From the human T2T-CHM13v2.0 reference genome, Homo sapiens: a stretch of 64,000 nucleotides of DNA. The notes under the pieces were generated by a model. The model saw only the letters and a list, made by a program, of their open reading frames with translations. It did not search any database and was not told the origin of the DNA. The stretch is taken from assembly GCF_009914755.1 (NCBI RefSeq), contig NC_060933.1; one strand, given 5' to 3'. Of this stretch, positions 31,073 through 45,567 are shown piece by piece. Position 1 is the stretch's first letter. Each line of letters opens with the position of its first letter. The translations under genes and the position numbers were made by a program.

Positions 31073-31429
31073 TTCTTTTGTTCTTTCTTACATTTCTATT
31101 TAATCTGTAATAATGTTCTTTGTTATTGTTGTTGTTTTCAATTTATTGTCTCAATTCTTCAAATTCTTATTTTATTTTTGGATGTTTTATTATTTCTTTT
31201 CTGAGCTTGTATTTTATTAAATTCAGGTTTTTGGTAAGTTCTTTTCTTCCTTTGTGGCTTTTCTTTTACAATTTGGATTCAAAATCGGTATTTTGTTAAA
31301 TGTACACTTTGCTCCACCAACTACAGAGTGTTTTCTATTGTAGAAGGGGTGACCCAGGATTTCAAATTGTTGTCTGGCTTCAGCAGAGTGTGTTGGATCT
31401 AACCAGGCCTGGTAGTTCTCAGTGTTTTT

Positions 31430-32270
31430 TGCTGAGAACCATTTCTGCTGCTCTTCATTCCTTTCTGTAGATCCATATTTCCATCTGGTGTTATCTTCTT
31501 TCTGCCTGAAGGACTTCTTTAATATTTCTTAGAGTGCACATCTGCTGGTAGTGAAATTCTTTCAGCTGTCATACACCTGAAAAAATCCCTATTTTTCTTC
31601 ATTTTGAAAGGTATTTTCAGTAAGTATAGAATGCTACATTGACAGATTTTTTTTTTTCTTTAGCAGTTAATTACTCCACTGTCTTCTGGTGTGAATTGTT
31701 TCTGATAAGAATTCTGCTGTCATTCTTACTTTGTTCACGTTGGTATAGCGTGCCCCCCTTTTTTCCCTCGGCTAGTCAGAGCATAAACTACTACTGCACC
31801 TGTATGAGCTTTGCAGTTTGTTTCCTCTAAGTTTTCTCTAATCCTTTTGGATGTTTTTTTTTTCTCTTAAACTTGGGTAGTTTCCTTAAATGCATGTGCT
31901 GATTAGTACTTGGCTGAAGACTTAAGGTTCTCAGGCCTGTACATCTTCAGAGCTCTCCCTGTATCTGAGTAGATCTCTCCTCTATGACACTTTGCCCTGC
32001 AAACTCTAGCTCACTTGACCTCCCTGGAACCCAGGGTATGTCTCCTTAATTTAGGAAGATTACTGGACTACATTTAGGTTTTCTGTTTCTGTGCTGTAGC
32101 TTGGAAGCTCTCTGTAAGCAGTAAGCTGGGGTAATTAAAGAACTCACCTCATTTGTTGCCCTCTCTCAGGGATGACATTGTCTGATGCCCAGTATCTAAA
32201 AACCATTTTTCATACATTTTGTCTAGTTTTTAGTTGCTCCATATAGAAGGGAAAATCTGCTCCCTCTAAC
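31430..32270 (-). mobile_element. Old L1M fragments
   Basis: ttctgcctgaaggacttctttaatatttctt...ctgctggta...attctttcagc typical of reverse L1M. Confidence 0.6.
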
Positions 32271-33332
32271 TTACTTTTCTTCTTATTGAACATGTTTTCT
32301 CTAGATTAAATCCCAAAACTTTTTCCATGTTCCAAATATATATTTCCTATTTTCTGACACCTGTTTCCTTCTGGCTGCTTTTACAAGTATCTTAAAAGTT
32401 AAGCATGTCATCCAAAAAAACTCATTGCCTTTTCCCTCAAATGAGTTCAGTCTCCTCTAGTCTTCCCAAATGAATACCTTAAGCCCCTACCATGCTAAAT
32501 TTCTCTTTACTGAAAATTGCAATTTATAGCGTAATGGGTCTTGAATAGAATCCCACAATACCTCTGTCAAGAGCTTAGCTGAACTGGAGACAGCTGAAAT
32601 GCCAGGTGTATGAATAGCTGCTCTAAGAGAACAAACCAAAATGAAAGTTACAGCCACCTTTAATTAATTACTGAGATAGTTTAAGCAAGAGGCTAAAGGG
32701 GAGAAAGTGCCAGCTCCCCATATTTTATTTTCCCCCATTGGTCAAGTGGATCAACATAGAAATGAGGGTTGTCTCATTGCCAGTGGATCCTCAAACAAAA
32801 GTTTCTTGCCATGTGATAGACCTGAGGCATTGGGGGAGGGTATGGGAGGATGGTTGGGAGAGGAAAAGTATAAAGTCAGAATGAGTCAGAACGAGGACAA
32901 GTATCTTCAAGTTTACTGCCTCCTCCCAGTCTCCTAAGGAGGTTTCTCGAGAAACACCTAAGCAAGCCTCAGCCAAAGGCCCCCAATAAAAATGCCTCCA
33001 TATTGAGACACCTGTGGTAGAGATACAGATACGTGTGTAACAGTGTGATTGGCCAGGGAAACTAGTGTCCTTGACCAGGACCTGTGTCCTTGAGTGTAAC
33101 TCCCTTCAGAGACTGCAGTCCATTGACGTACAACAAGTCTGGTTGGGGAGGGCAGCTTTCCCCCATGAGGTGTGCCAGGTAAAACCTTTGTAATTACCTA
33201 TGGCCAAGCCTGACAAATCACATGTAAGGTTTGGCCAGGAGCTAGATTCCTCAGTCTTTACTGAGTCACAAGTGCATGAATATGTTCACAAACCATTTCT
33301 TACCATGTTCGTCATTGAAAGTTGAGGGCTTG

Positions 33333-34665
33333 TGTATCAGACAATGCAAGAAACAAGCAGATGGGGAAACTCATTCATAAACAATAGCAAGCATTTATTT
33401 ATTGCATATAGGTCTGTGTGTTGGCTGAAACAGCTCTTACTGCTGCAGGTTTTCTGGTCCAGCTCTGTTTCAGGCTGCAAGTCAAGTCCACTTCTGCTCC
33501 ATGTGTCTGATTCTTGAACACAATGCAACAAGTGTAAACATGAAGAGCTTCTTTTGCCTATGTTTGGAACTGGCACACTGTAACCTCCACCCGAGATTTC
33601 TTTGGCTAAAGCAAGTCTTCTTATTAAATACAGCCAACAACAATTCGTACTGTCAGTGTTAGTTTCTATGGAGGATTGGGGTAGTATTTTTAGGCCTTTA
33701 CCCAGAGTCTACTAGGCCTTGCATTATTCCTTTCAGAAATTATTAGCAACAGGCATGACAGCCAAATCCCGAGCCATGTTTTAATGTCAGCATCTGAGAT
33801 TTGGCCTTTATGCTGCCAGTGATTTAGTGTCCACTCCTTTGATATGGTAACAAACAATTTCATTTTCCAACTCTAGAAGTACTGGAACTTATACACTTCC
33901 CAAATTTCAATGGCCAGTGCCTTTCTGAGCTCTGATCTTTCTTAGAGTAGCTAGTCAAGTGCAGCCAGCAATAACCAAACTCATACTATCAGCATTCTGC
34001 ACTGACACCTCCTCACTCAGTATAAAATTTATTAAGTTATTAGGTACATTTTTTGCCTTCCAGGTTATGCCAGGTGGCAGTTTTCCAAATGTTTTGTAAC
34101 TACATAACATGGGTTACCATTTTCTCAGCATCCTGTAACATATATTTTGCCACCCACCACCCAGTCCCAAAATCAGTGCCACATAATTTAGTCTTTTATC
34201 ATAGCAGCACCCCACTTAAAGTTACCAATTTCTGTATCCCATCAGCTTTTGCTGCAGAATAAACAACCACAAAGTCTCACTAGCATGCAGTAATAAACAT
34301 TTATTTCTTGCTCATGAGTCTATCAGCTGGGATAACTGTGCTGCAGGCTGCAGGTCTGTTGGTTGGCTGGAGTGCTTCACCTTGAGGCAATATTGGATTT
34401 AGGTCTGCTCCATATTTCTTAATCCCAGTCCCAGGCTGAAGGGGCAGTGACTACCTGAACATGTTCTTTTCAAGGTGGATGTTGGAAATTTCCAAGGGGT
34501 GATCAGAAGCATACAATTTCTTGAGTTCTAGGCTCATTTATACCCATGTTTCCCTAGTCCAAGCAAATCACATGGCCAAACTCAACATTAATGGAGCAGG
34601 GATCTGTACTGCATCCATGAAGGTATCCATGAAAGGAGTAAGCATTTGCTGAGTAATAATCTACC
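33333..34665 (-). mobile_element. MLT1 (J/K/L-type) MaLR remnant: LTR, internal fragment, LTR
   Basis: Two diverged MLT1-like LTRs (~33333-33630, ~34232-34665) flanking an internal piece ending gcaccccactt...ttaccaatttc. Confidence 0.55.
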
Positions 34666-35845
34666 ATAGTATGATATAAAATCTTAAGCCAGTGAACAAA
34701 AGTATGCTGGAGCTGTTAGTATATGTTGCGAGCATATGGCTTTCTAGATAGTCTGACCCAATCCAGAAATAAAGCATCTAGAATGGAGTAAATGGATTGC
34801 AAATTTCAGATTGTCCTTATTAAATATTAATTTACAAAAGCATAGACTTTCATAATAGCTGGGCAGCATACAATTTAAGTTCCAGATTTCTGGCAAGTAA
34901 CTCAAGTTTACTTACTATTAAGAATAGATTGTGTTGGATACATACCAAAAAGAACATCACCAAAACAATCAAGCCTTCGGAAATGGTCATCCTACTTTAA
35001 CTTAGAGCCAAATCAAGGGAACATCTTGGGAACAAAAGGGAAAACCTTTTAGGCATATTCAGGTTTTCTCCAATAAAGGCAAAAACTTTTCAACATCAAT
35101 AAAAATGTTAAAATATTTACTTCTTGGAATGATTAATATTAACTAATTCTTTGTGACCATAATTTAATGCACAGTCATTAATCTGTTGAGCATATACCTA
35201 GTACCTAAACATTTAAGGAGAATAACAAAAATTGTTCTAAAACCCATGCAGTATATTTTATAAATAAAGGAAGGTCAGACTGCAGTTTCGTTTTATACTA
35301 CTTACAATTGCTATCCAATCTAGCATAAGGGCATTCCTTCCAGCCCTATTCTTGGTGTGTTAATATTTCTGATCTTATTCTCTTATTTAGTGACTTCTGC
35401 TAATAGCAAAATAAAGCCCAAATTCATTTATCCCACTGAAAATTAGCCCCTGCCTACCTCATTAGCCTTATCTTTCATATGTTTAGCATTATTTTTTCCT
35501 CCCTGGAACTGAAAAATCAGCAAAATAAAACCCCAAAAGTGCTTTAGCGTTTAACCTCTGGACCAGTGTACACAGTACTATATTCCTTTCTTGCAGGTTC
35601 CATGTAGAAAAGACCTCCTCATCTTTAACAATAGAACTGGGGTGTGACCTCCTATCTAAAGCCTTTTTGTGTTCTCTTTGTTTGTACCCTCAACATATAT
35701 AAATATATAAAATATTATATAAAACATATGCATTGTACGTATATGTATATACACACACAAATATATCTATATAAATGATTTATACACAGTTTTTGGTTGC
35801 TTCTGTTATGCTTAAAGTCATGCTTCTTTGTAGTTGTTACCAACA

Positions 35846-36124
<279 letters not shown>

Positions 36125-36211
36125 TTAAAATTAAAAAAATTATTTTTAAAACAAGCCAAAGGAGTATTAGGAATATAGAGAAATATTAAAGTAAATTGAA
36201 ACAAAAGTTAA

Positions 36212-36531
<320 letters not shown>

Positions 36532-37373
36532 CGTAACATGAAATTTATATGAAATCAGAAACACAGTTACAATGTTAAACTTCACAAAGCTAATTCATTT
36601 AAATATAAAGATCGAAATTAAAATATAATGAAGCACTTGGAAGTAGAAAATAAACAGTCTAAAATATTTTAAAAGTGTGGGCTTAAGGAATAGCATAAAA
36701 TAAAAAGAGGGTGTTACACATGGCTTTCAAGCTAGCTAGAGGAATTAAAGATAGCATGTTCAAATTCCCCTGATTCATCCAGCGAGCTAATAGGATCGAG
36801 TTCATCAAGTCCCCAGCTTAAAGACATTTTATTTTTAAGGCAAGGAAGCCTATTTATTGGGTGTAATTTACAATAAATAAAATGAAAAAAAAAAAAAACT
36901 ACTTATCCTTCTGTTTTCCTACCTCTCGTCCTAGAAAAAGATACTTACATCGTCCTGGTAACTTCCTTTTTAGAATATTTGTGGCTGGTAACAAAAATGG
37001 GCTAATTGTCTTTGAATTTTCACTGATTGAATAGATTCTTCCCAGGCCTCCTGCCCGGGTAAACTCAAAGGGGATGGTCTGGGTCTCCAGAAAGAGGTGC
37101 CAAGTGTAACAGTCATATCAAGTGATTGAAATTCTCTCCTACTCATCAGAAACAGGATTTATTTCTTGCCATTTCATTCATCAGAAATGGGACTTCAGTT
37201 TTCATTGGCTTATGGTTACTTCTCGGAGGAGATGGGTTCTAATTATAGTTGGCTGATCTGACTTTATTTTGCCTAAGACAACAATTTTAAATTAACACAA
37301 AAACCAAAAACTTTTTCATGGCAGTTCTTGCTGATTATTGCCTATTTATCCCCAATTCACTTATCTGAAACAG

Positions 37374-38519
37374 TGTTCAGAGTTATTTTTACTCACAATA
37401 CTTCTGACACCAATTTTATAGGTTTTTTTCTTCCACCCAACAACTAACTCATTGCTTCTCTAAACTCCAATTGGGCAATTCAGTTCAATTCTAGCTACTT
37501 AGAATTAGTGCAGACCCTACGGATTAAGGACTGTGTCCCACAGGACTGCCTCCATTTTAGATCCCAGTCACAAGTCCCAGGTTTCCACCTGTATTTCTGA
37601 CCAACTGAGTTTAAATTGGGGGTTCCCAGGAGCCCTTCCTCAGATTAGTTAATTTGCTAGAATGGCTCAAAAAAGTTTTCCATTTACTATTGCTTGTTTA
37701 TTATAAAGGATACAACTCAGGAACAGCCAAATAGAAGAGTTGCATAGTTCATGGTATGGAGGAAGGAAAAGGAAGCTTTTGTGTCCTTTCTGAGCATGCC
37801 ACCTTCAGCACCTCAATGTGTTCACCAACTTGGAATTTCTCCAAACTCCACAGAGTTTGTTATGGAGCTTCCATTAAGTAGCCATCATTGATTCAATCAT
37901 TGGCCATTGGTGACTGAATTCAGTCTCCATTTCCTCTCCCCTCTGTAGAGGCCTGGTGGTGGGGCTGGACGTTAAAACCATCTAATCACATGGTTGCCTC
38001 CTCTTGCAGCCAGTCCTCATCTTGAACCTATCTAGGGGCTCACCAGGAATCATCTTATTAAGCATAAACTCTGGTATGGTTGAAAGGAGCTTGTTATGCT
38101 TTGCTTGTAATAACAAAAGATGGTCCTATTACTCAAGAAATTCCAAAGGTTTTAGAAACTATGTTTCAGGAACTGGGGACAAAATCCAAATACAGTGGAC
38201 CCTCTGTATCCACGGGTTCCACATCCCTGGATTCAACCAACTGCAGATCAAAAATATTTGAAAAAAAATTGTATCTGTATTGAACATGTATAGACTTTTT
38301 ATCTTGTTATTCCCTAAACAATGTAGTATAACAATATTTACATAGCATTTACATTGTATTAGTTATTATAAGTAATATAGAGATTATTTAAACTATACAG
38401 GAGGATGTGCATAGGTTATTTGCAAATGCTACATCAGGGACTTGAGCATGGTTGGATTTAGGTATCCCAGGAAGGTCCCTGGAACAGGAACGACTGTATG
38501 TGTTTCTTATTGTATCACA
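37374..38519. mobile_element. MER21-type LTR interrupted by MER2
   Basis: actcacaatacttctgacacca...ttataaaggatacaactcaggaacagccaaatagaagag motifs. Confidence 0.7.
38193..38496. mobile_element. MER2 (TcMar-Tigger) non-autonomous DNA transposon
   Basis: cagtggaccctctgtatccacggg...cgactg termini flanked by TA duplication. Confidence 0.85.
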
Positions 38520-40755
38520 AGTACCTTCTGAAGTAAAACCTACCCACTATGATTCTCATTTTCTTTTCCTAAAAGTGAAATAAAAATAGCAATATTCTTT
38601 AGGAAATTGCCCATACAATAAGTTGATAACTGTTTTCCTTTCTTAATCCCTCAAATTGACATAATCACAAACTGACCTTTAAGAAACTTTTTGTATGAAG
38701 CTTCATATTAAGATCAGGGAAAAAACAATGATAATAGATTTTTCAAATCATTTGTTAAATTAATTAAAAAAAAGAATCTAAAAGAATACAAAGTAAAAGA
38801 TTGCAGAAAACTTTATATTAATTATTTAAGCCAAGAGGATTAAAAGAAAAAATATAGAAAATAGAATATACTAAGCTCTTAAATAACTATGAATAAGCAA
38901 AATTAAAGGTTAATGAGAAAAAGAAAAAATGGAGAGAAGAAACTCCTGAGAAAGAATATAAATTAGAATGAATGTTTATACTAGTAAAAGTAAAGCATTT
39001 AAAACTAAAATATCAAAAATAAATCTCCAGTAAAGTGAAGCATATGCTCACATCTACCATAGGAAAGAAATAGGAGTGTGTATTTCTAACTAGGTCTTGT
39101 TGGTTTATTTTCCAAATCCTGAGATCCTTGAAGAGAAAGAGAATCAAGGGCCAGAAAATTGGATCCTTGTTTCTTTCCATGGCATGAGCTTATCTTCTTG
39201 AGCGTTCTGTATAAACCGGTGAAGGGGAGAAACAAACATCAGCAGATAAGTACAGGTGAACATGGTTAGCCAATCTACCAGTGGACCTCACACACATCCA
39301 GGAGCAAACAAGCAGCACACAAATTCATTTTTAAATCAGTCTTCACCATTTACTTTATTGGAAGTATTTAGCTATTGTTGGCATCCCATGCTCTTTGAAT
39401 ATAGAACTATTATTTTTAAGATGAAATATTTCACTCAGAAGTATAACAGATATTTAAATGACTAGAAAGGATGAATTGTATTTGCATATTATTTCTATAC
39501 TGCTGAAAGATTGCTGTAAATGAATTCAGCACCATGGTGTTAGGGGACTAGAAGAAGAAACTTGGGAACTGATAGATTATTATCAAGGTAAAGGTACTTA
39601 TTCCCCAGGTGGCAAATTCTACCTATCCTAGCTTTTATTATCCTTCGGATACTGTTCTATTTATTTCATAAGTACAGAAGTTTTAATTGGGTATGTCATT
39701 TTTCAAAGACAAAAGAAATGCCTAATTCACTCTAACAAACTTGTTAGTCACTGTTTATACCAGGAGGATTTCTACTCTACAGAGAATAATATTGTTTTCT
39801 TTTTCCTTTGTTGAGAAATCAAAGTTTTACACTGACCTATAGCAGCCAAGCATACTTTAAAGCAAAATAATCTCAGGCTAACACAGATATATATCCTTTT
39901 AGTTTTATATATTCTTTTTTGTCCCCTTTTTATTCCTTAAGAAATGTTATATTCCAGAATTAATTCACTAAGAAAATGTTAGTAAAATTTGTCATAGTAA
40001 TTTATCTGATAAGAAAAAAGTTATTTATAGGATTTGATATATTTTGATTTTAGTATTAACTGAAGTTTTATGACTTTGTTTTTTCTTTAAGGTTGTTAAG
40101 TTACTTGTAGGTTTTGGCTTGGTTGAAAAGGTTTTGGCAGTCAAATGTATAGCTAGTGTAGGAATGATTTGTAGCTATAACCTCACCCATATACCTAGCT
40201 TTCTATTTGTTATGAAGTCACAGTATTTCTAGAAGAGTGATTTGTATGGTTTACCTCACCCAGTGCATGATCTTTCACTTGAAAAAAAGGTTGTGGTAGG
40301 GGTTGTTACAATTTCAATCCACCCTAATTCTGTTACTGTTTGCTTTGTTCAGCAATCACTGTGATCCTCCTGGCAGGGAACAAGATCCAGAGAACAAAAC
40401 TAGTAGTGACTGTGTAGATAAAAAGGCAATGAATTCTGCTTTTAAGGCAAAGGGGGAATAGTCTACAAAAGAATGAAAATAGGAATAAAAGTGTAGCATT
40501 GTTAACCTGAAGATCTATTGTACTTTTGAAAAATCTTATACTGAAAAAAAAAAAAAGGTGGCACTACAAAGATACATAATTATGTTGCTAAAAATCTTGA
40601 AAAGGGTCATTGTTTAGTTACTGGCCAAATACTTGACAAGAAAATAGCCTAGATTATTCACAGTTGAAAAACCATAGAACCCTTTTTCTTAAAATGACAG
40701 GACAGTATTTCAGCAGTACACGTGGTATCATAATATATTATTTATTCTCTACCAG

Positions 40756-40847
40756 AACAGCTCTTTAGATCTGGTGAAGATGATGAGGTCAAGAGGAGTA
40801 CTCCAGAGAAGAATGGAAAAGAAATGTTGGAGCAGACATTACAGAAG
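40756..40847 (+). CDS. CNTLN: Centlein internal coding exon B (92 nt, phase 1 to 0): (E)QLFRSGEDDEVKRSTPEKNGKEMLEQTLQK
   Basis: Acceptor tttattctctaccag|AA, donor AAG|gtagtc; in frame with flanking exons. Confidence 0.92.
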
Positions 40848-42369
40848 GTAGTCTAATCTTTAAGATATTGAGCTGAGCAAGTTAAATCTGAATTTTAACA
40901 TAAAGGATTATATTTTAAAACGAGGGCTTGTAAATGTAAACCTTGTGTGAATCCTTAATTTAAATTCATAATTCAAAATCATTGGCTTGCCAAAATGGGG
41001 TAAAAAAAATCAATGTTAGTGAAATAAATGTGTAAACACTTGTGCTTCCATTGACGTAGATTAACATTATTTTCAAAAGGTGAAATGGAGAGAATGAGAA
41101 AAATAGAAATTATAGAAATGTAGACTATATGTGCTTGTTAGTTATAACTTAGTTTAAAGTATATTTTAATAAGACTGCTGTACTTCCACAAATATAGAGA
41201 TTTATAATATTTGATCTAAAATACTGAGCATAGTTATAGTTTTACCACAGTAAAATGGTAATATGTTTATAGTTTTAATGTTAAACATGAAAATATACGT
41301 GACTCATCTCATTTTAGATAAAAATTTATACCAGTATGATTTAGTACAGCATTTTATGTTTTAATAAGATCATCCATGTAAACCTTAGTCATATTATAAC
41401 ATGTCTATCATTAATAGTAAATACTGTTTTAAAATATTAATATTTACCTTTATAATTTTATACTTAATTTGCATTTTTATAAATAAATACATTGTTATCA
41501 AGTTCAATTAAGTGGATCTAATTATTAACACTTTGTTATAAAGAAAATAATCTTTAAATAGTTTGTTCTTGTGATTGTCATTTGGCTACATTAAATTGAT
41601 TTTAGTTTTTTACAGAACCTTAATACTTAGATAAAGCTGAAAATGTACAAATATATAAATAAAAATATTAACATAGTTACTTATATATTGTTGCATCTCT
41701 GAATTGACTTGTAGGAAATCTAGTGATTTACAGCAGATAATGTGATTGTTCATACTTCTAACACTTGTCAGGTCACAAAGGCTGTCATCTCATTATTACT
41801 GAATGACACATATCAAGTTAACATAGTAACACAGAGAACTAGAAATGCTTACATTCATTTATCTTTAGGTAAAATGATTAATTGAATTAATCTATGCACT
41901 ACCAGCTAGGATGTCATACAGTTCACACTAGCTTATCATCTTTTTTTCAGAACAATATTTTTATTTGCCAGGTTTTGTATAATTTTTGTATCTATGGATA
42001 TGTAATACTATGCTACTATTTCTTGCCTTAGGGTAGAAACCCTGAAGAAAGCCATTATTTCATTCCATCTGCCATAAATGAATGCTACAATAGTAGATCC
42101 AGACATCCATTTTAAGACCTGAACAACCAATATAAATTATTTTCATTGTACCGTATGTCAAGTTGGTATACTATTTTTTTATTTACCTAATGTAGTTTTA
42201 TCAAGCACAAGTTAATTCCTCATGTTTGAGTTTCATTATTTTAAAAGGTTATATATGAAACTCACTCAAAATAAATTTAAAAAATAGTAATAAGATGAAA
42301 ACAATATTTGTATATAGTAGAAATGAAACATGCAGATTATTTTGAAAATAATATATTAACATTTCACAT

Positions 42370-42767
42370 TGTTATTGGCAGAATTGTGTTCTGTCCCCCA
42401 CATTTATATATATTAAGAGTCCTAAGCTGTATTATCTCAGAATGTGGCTGTATTTGGAGATAGGGTCCTTAAAGAGGTAATTAAGTTAAAGTAAGGCTAT
42501 TAGGGTGAGCCCTAATTCAACATGACTGGTGTCTTTATTTAAAAAAAGGAAATTAGAATACAGACAAATACAGAGGGAAGTCCATGTGAAGACACAGGGA
42601 AAAGATAGCCATTTACAAGCCAAGGAGAAAGGCCTCAGAAGAAACCAACCCTGCTGACACCTTGATCTTGGACTTCTAGACTCCAGGAATGTGAGAAAAT
42701 AAATTTCTGTTGTTTAAGTCACCTACTCTGTTATACTTTATTATGGCAAACCTAGCAAATTAATACA
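42370..42767 (+). mobile_element. MLT1B-type MaLR solo LTR
   Basis: gtatttggagatagggtccttaaagaggtaattaag...; 5-bp TSD cacat. Confidence 0.88.
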
Positions 42768-42779
42768 CACATTTCATAG

Positions 42780-43134
<355 letters not shown>

Positions 43135-43516
43135 TGAAAAGAGCCATCTATTTGGTATATTATTTTAAATGTTCAGAACTATAAGAAAATATGGGCTTGA
43201 GCTGAATTATAACCCACAGATTGAATACTTTTAACAGTTCCCCAGACTTTCATTCTCAAATATGTATTAAAATTTACTTTTCTGTTTTTGAAGGATTAAA
43301 ATCAGTTTAACAATTTTTGAGAGTATACCTTGAATAACACTTTAATAAGTGCTATGGATTTTCCCTTTTCAAAATGTTTAGAAGTAGTGTCTCTGTTTTG
43401 TTATTTGTCCTCCATTTTAAATTTAAATAATTTTGACCAGTTCTCATGATTAAACATACATTCATATTAGGAAGTTAACAGACCTTAAAACCACAGACAT
43501 CTTCAGTTGGTATGTA

Positions 43517-44130
43517 TATAGGGGTGGAAAGTTGTGGCATCTTTCCTCACCTATCATAAGGGCCACAGTTGACACTCCTATAATAAAAGGCAGGTTAACA
43601 CGAGAAATACATAACATTTATTTAATCAAAGTTTTATGTGCCACAGGACGCTTCAAAAACAAAGACCCAGAGAAAACTGTCTATTTATGTGCTTAGGTTT
43701 GATAAAGAAAGGATAGCCATGTAGAAATGTATCTGTACAAAAGGATATGTCTATGGTAATAGGCTGAGGAGGGGCAAACCAAGCAAGGCCTGTCTGCTCA
43801 GATTCTTCTTGCCCTCTGTGTAGACTTCCTTCCTCCCTGGGTATAGGACAGGACCCCTCTGGAATGAAAGTCTTCAAGGCAGAACTGAGAAGGGAGAAAG
43901 TGACCTTTCTTGGTTTTATGGCTTGCTTTTGGGGAGAGGAGTTCTAGTTTGTATGACCTGCCTTAGGGAAGAGGAATTATGTTTGATATGACTTCCTTTA
44001 GAGGAGAAAAAGGGGAGGGTGACAGGAAGGCAGGAGATCTTGCTTCTGAGGCACTTCCAGTGACCTTCAATTTAAGGTACTTGGCAAGCCAAAGTGACAT
44101 ACTTTGGTGTGTTGTATTCTGAGTCCCAGC
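43517..44130 (-). mobile_element. MER34/MER39-group ERV1 solo LTR
   Basis: Reverse of ...gggactcagaatacaacacaccaaagtatg; exact family unresolved. Confidence 0.65.
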
Positions 44131-44379
44131 GTATGTAAAATTTTAATGAGTTGTCCCCAAACTTAAATGGATTTCAGTCAACAGAAAAAAAATGCTAATT
44201 TCCAGAATTGGAATCTCAAATTTAAGATATTTATTTGTTATATTTGTTTATAACATAATTTAATTGAAATATACAGCTGATTTAATGGCTAATTCAGACT
44301 ATTCAGCACAAGTAATTATATTTTAGTTACAGCAGTTTTATTAGGTAGATGTTAAGGTGAATGATAATAGAAACAGTAA

Positions 44380-44610
44380 TAATGATAATGATAATAAATT
44401 GTTTACTACTTACTCTCAGGAATTATGGTTTATGATCACATTTAATACTCCCAACAAAACTGCAAGATGTAGGTATTACTATCCTCATTTCACAGATGAG
44501 GAAACTAAAGGTAAAATAACTTAAATATTTTACCAGCTAAAGCAAGTAGAGTTGGAAGTGAGATATAGACCTGATTCAAAATTCTGTTTCCCCTAAAACA
44601 TACTGCTTCT
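44380..44610 (-). mobile_element. MIR
   Basis: atcctcatttcacagatgaggaaactaaagg core. Confidence 0.75.
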
Positions 44611-44658
44611 TAATAATATTTTTGTATCACCAAAGTCACTGTTTAAAAAAAAAATGTG

Positions 44659-44862
44659 GACCAATCAAGGCAACACAATGCGACCCCATCTCTACAAAAA
44701 ATAAAAAATTAGCCAAGTGTGATGGTGCATGCCTCTGGTCCTAGTTCCTTGGGAGGCTAAGGTGGGAGGATCACTTGAGCCCAGGAGGTCAAGGCTGAAA
44801 AACCATGATCGAGCCATGGCACTCCAGCCTGGGCAATAAAGTGAGATCTTGACTCAAAGAAA
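44659..44862 (+). mobile_element. 5'-truncated AluJ
   Basis: End of left arm plus right arm. Confidence 0.82.
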
Positions 44863-45567
44863 GTGTAATTACTTACTTGCATCAAATATGTATTTAAAAA
44901 ATAGAGTATGTTTTACTCACTCCCCTTTGGAATTTAATATGCAAAAGTATTTTAAAATATATTTATGAAAAGTATGCTGATTTGGGCAGTGATTAACACT
45001 CCTTCAATAAAATTTAGAGGTAGAGTGATTTGGAAAAAGTAAAAAGGATTCTGGCATAGATTTTTTTCTTGAACACTGTATTTTTTGTCATATTAATCAG
45101 CTCCCCAATAAAGTGTTTACATTGAGAAGGAACAATACAATCTCTTTCACAGAAATATGCAGAAGTCTACAATAGTTTGAGACAAAATTTTTCAGATACC
45201 TTTATTCCAGGTCATGTGTAGGTCCTTTAAGGACATAGGTCCAATAGTAGGTTAATATATCATACCATGGAATAGAAGTGATTAAAATTAGGTGAGATTC
45301 TTCATACTGTGTTGAGAAATACCCATGCCCCAGGATAGTGTAGTCACTTAGTAAATTAATGTTGATTTAAATGAAAGAGGTTGAACATTAAAAAAAAAAG
45401 GGTAATATAGAAGGATGTGTAAATCAGACATGACTGAAATTCATGTTTAGGAAACAATTTACATCTTCACTATTACAAGTAAAGTTTAGTAAACTGGAAA
45501 GTGTTAAGAATATATATGTTTTATCTTGTATATTTCTGGAATATTATTATTTTGAATCATTGGTTGT

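Noticed and set aside
32565-33260. GC-richer LTR-like segment starting tgtcaagag
   Set aside because: Probably an old LTR, but I could not assign family or ends, so not listed as a feature
39596-39705. Possible additional minus-strand exon with ataagt pseudo-donor
   Set aside because: Both boundaries would need mutated GT and AG; too weak to include
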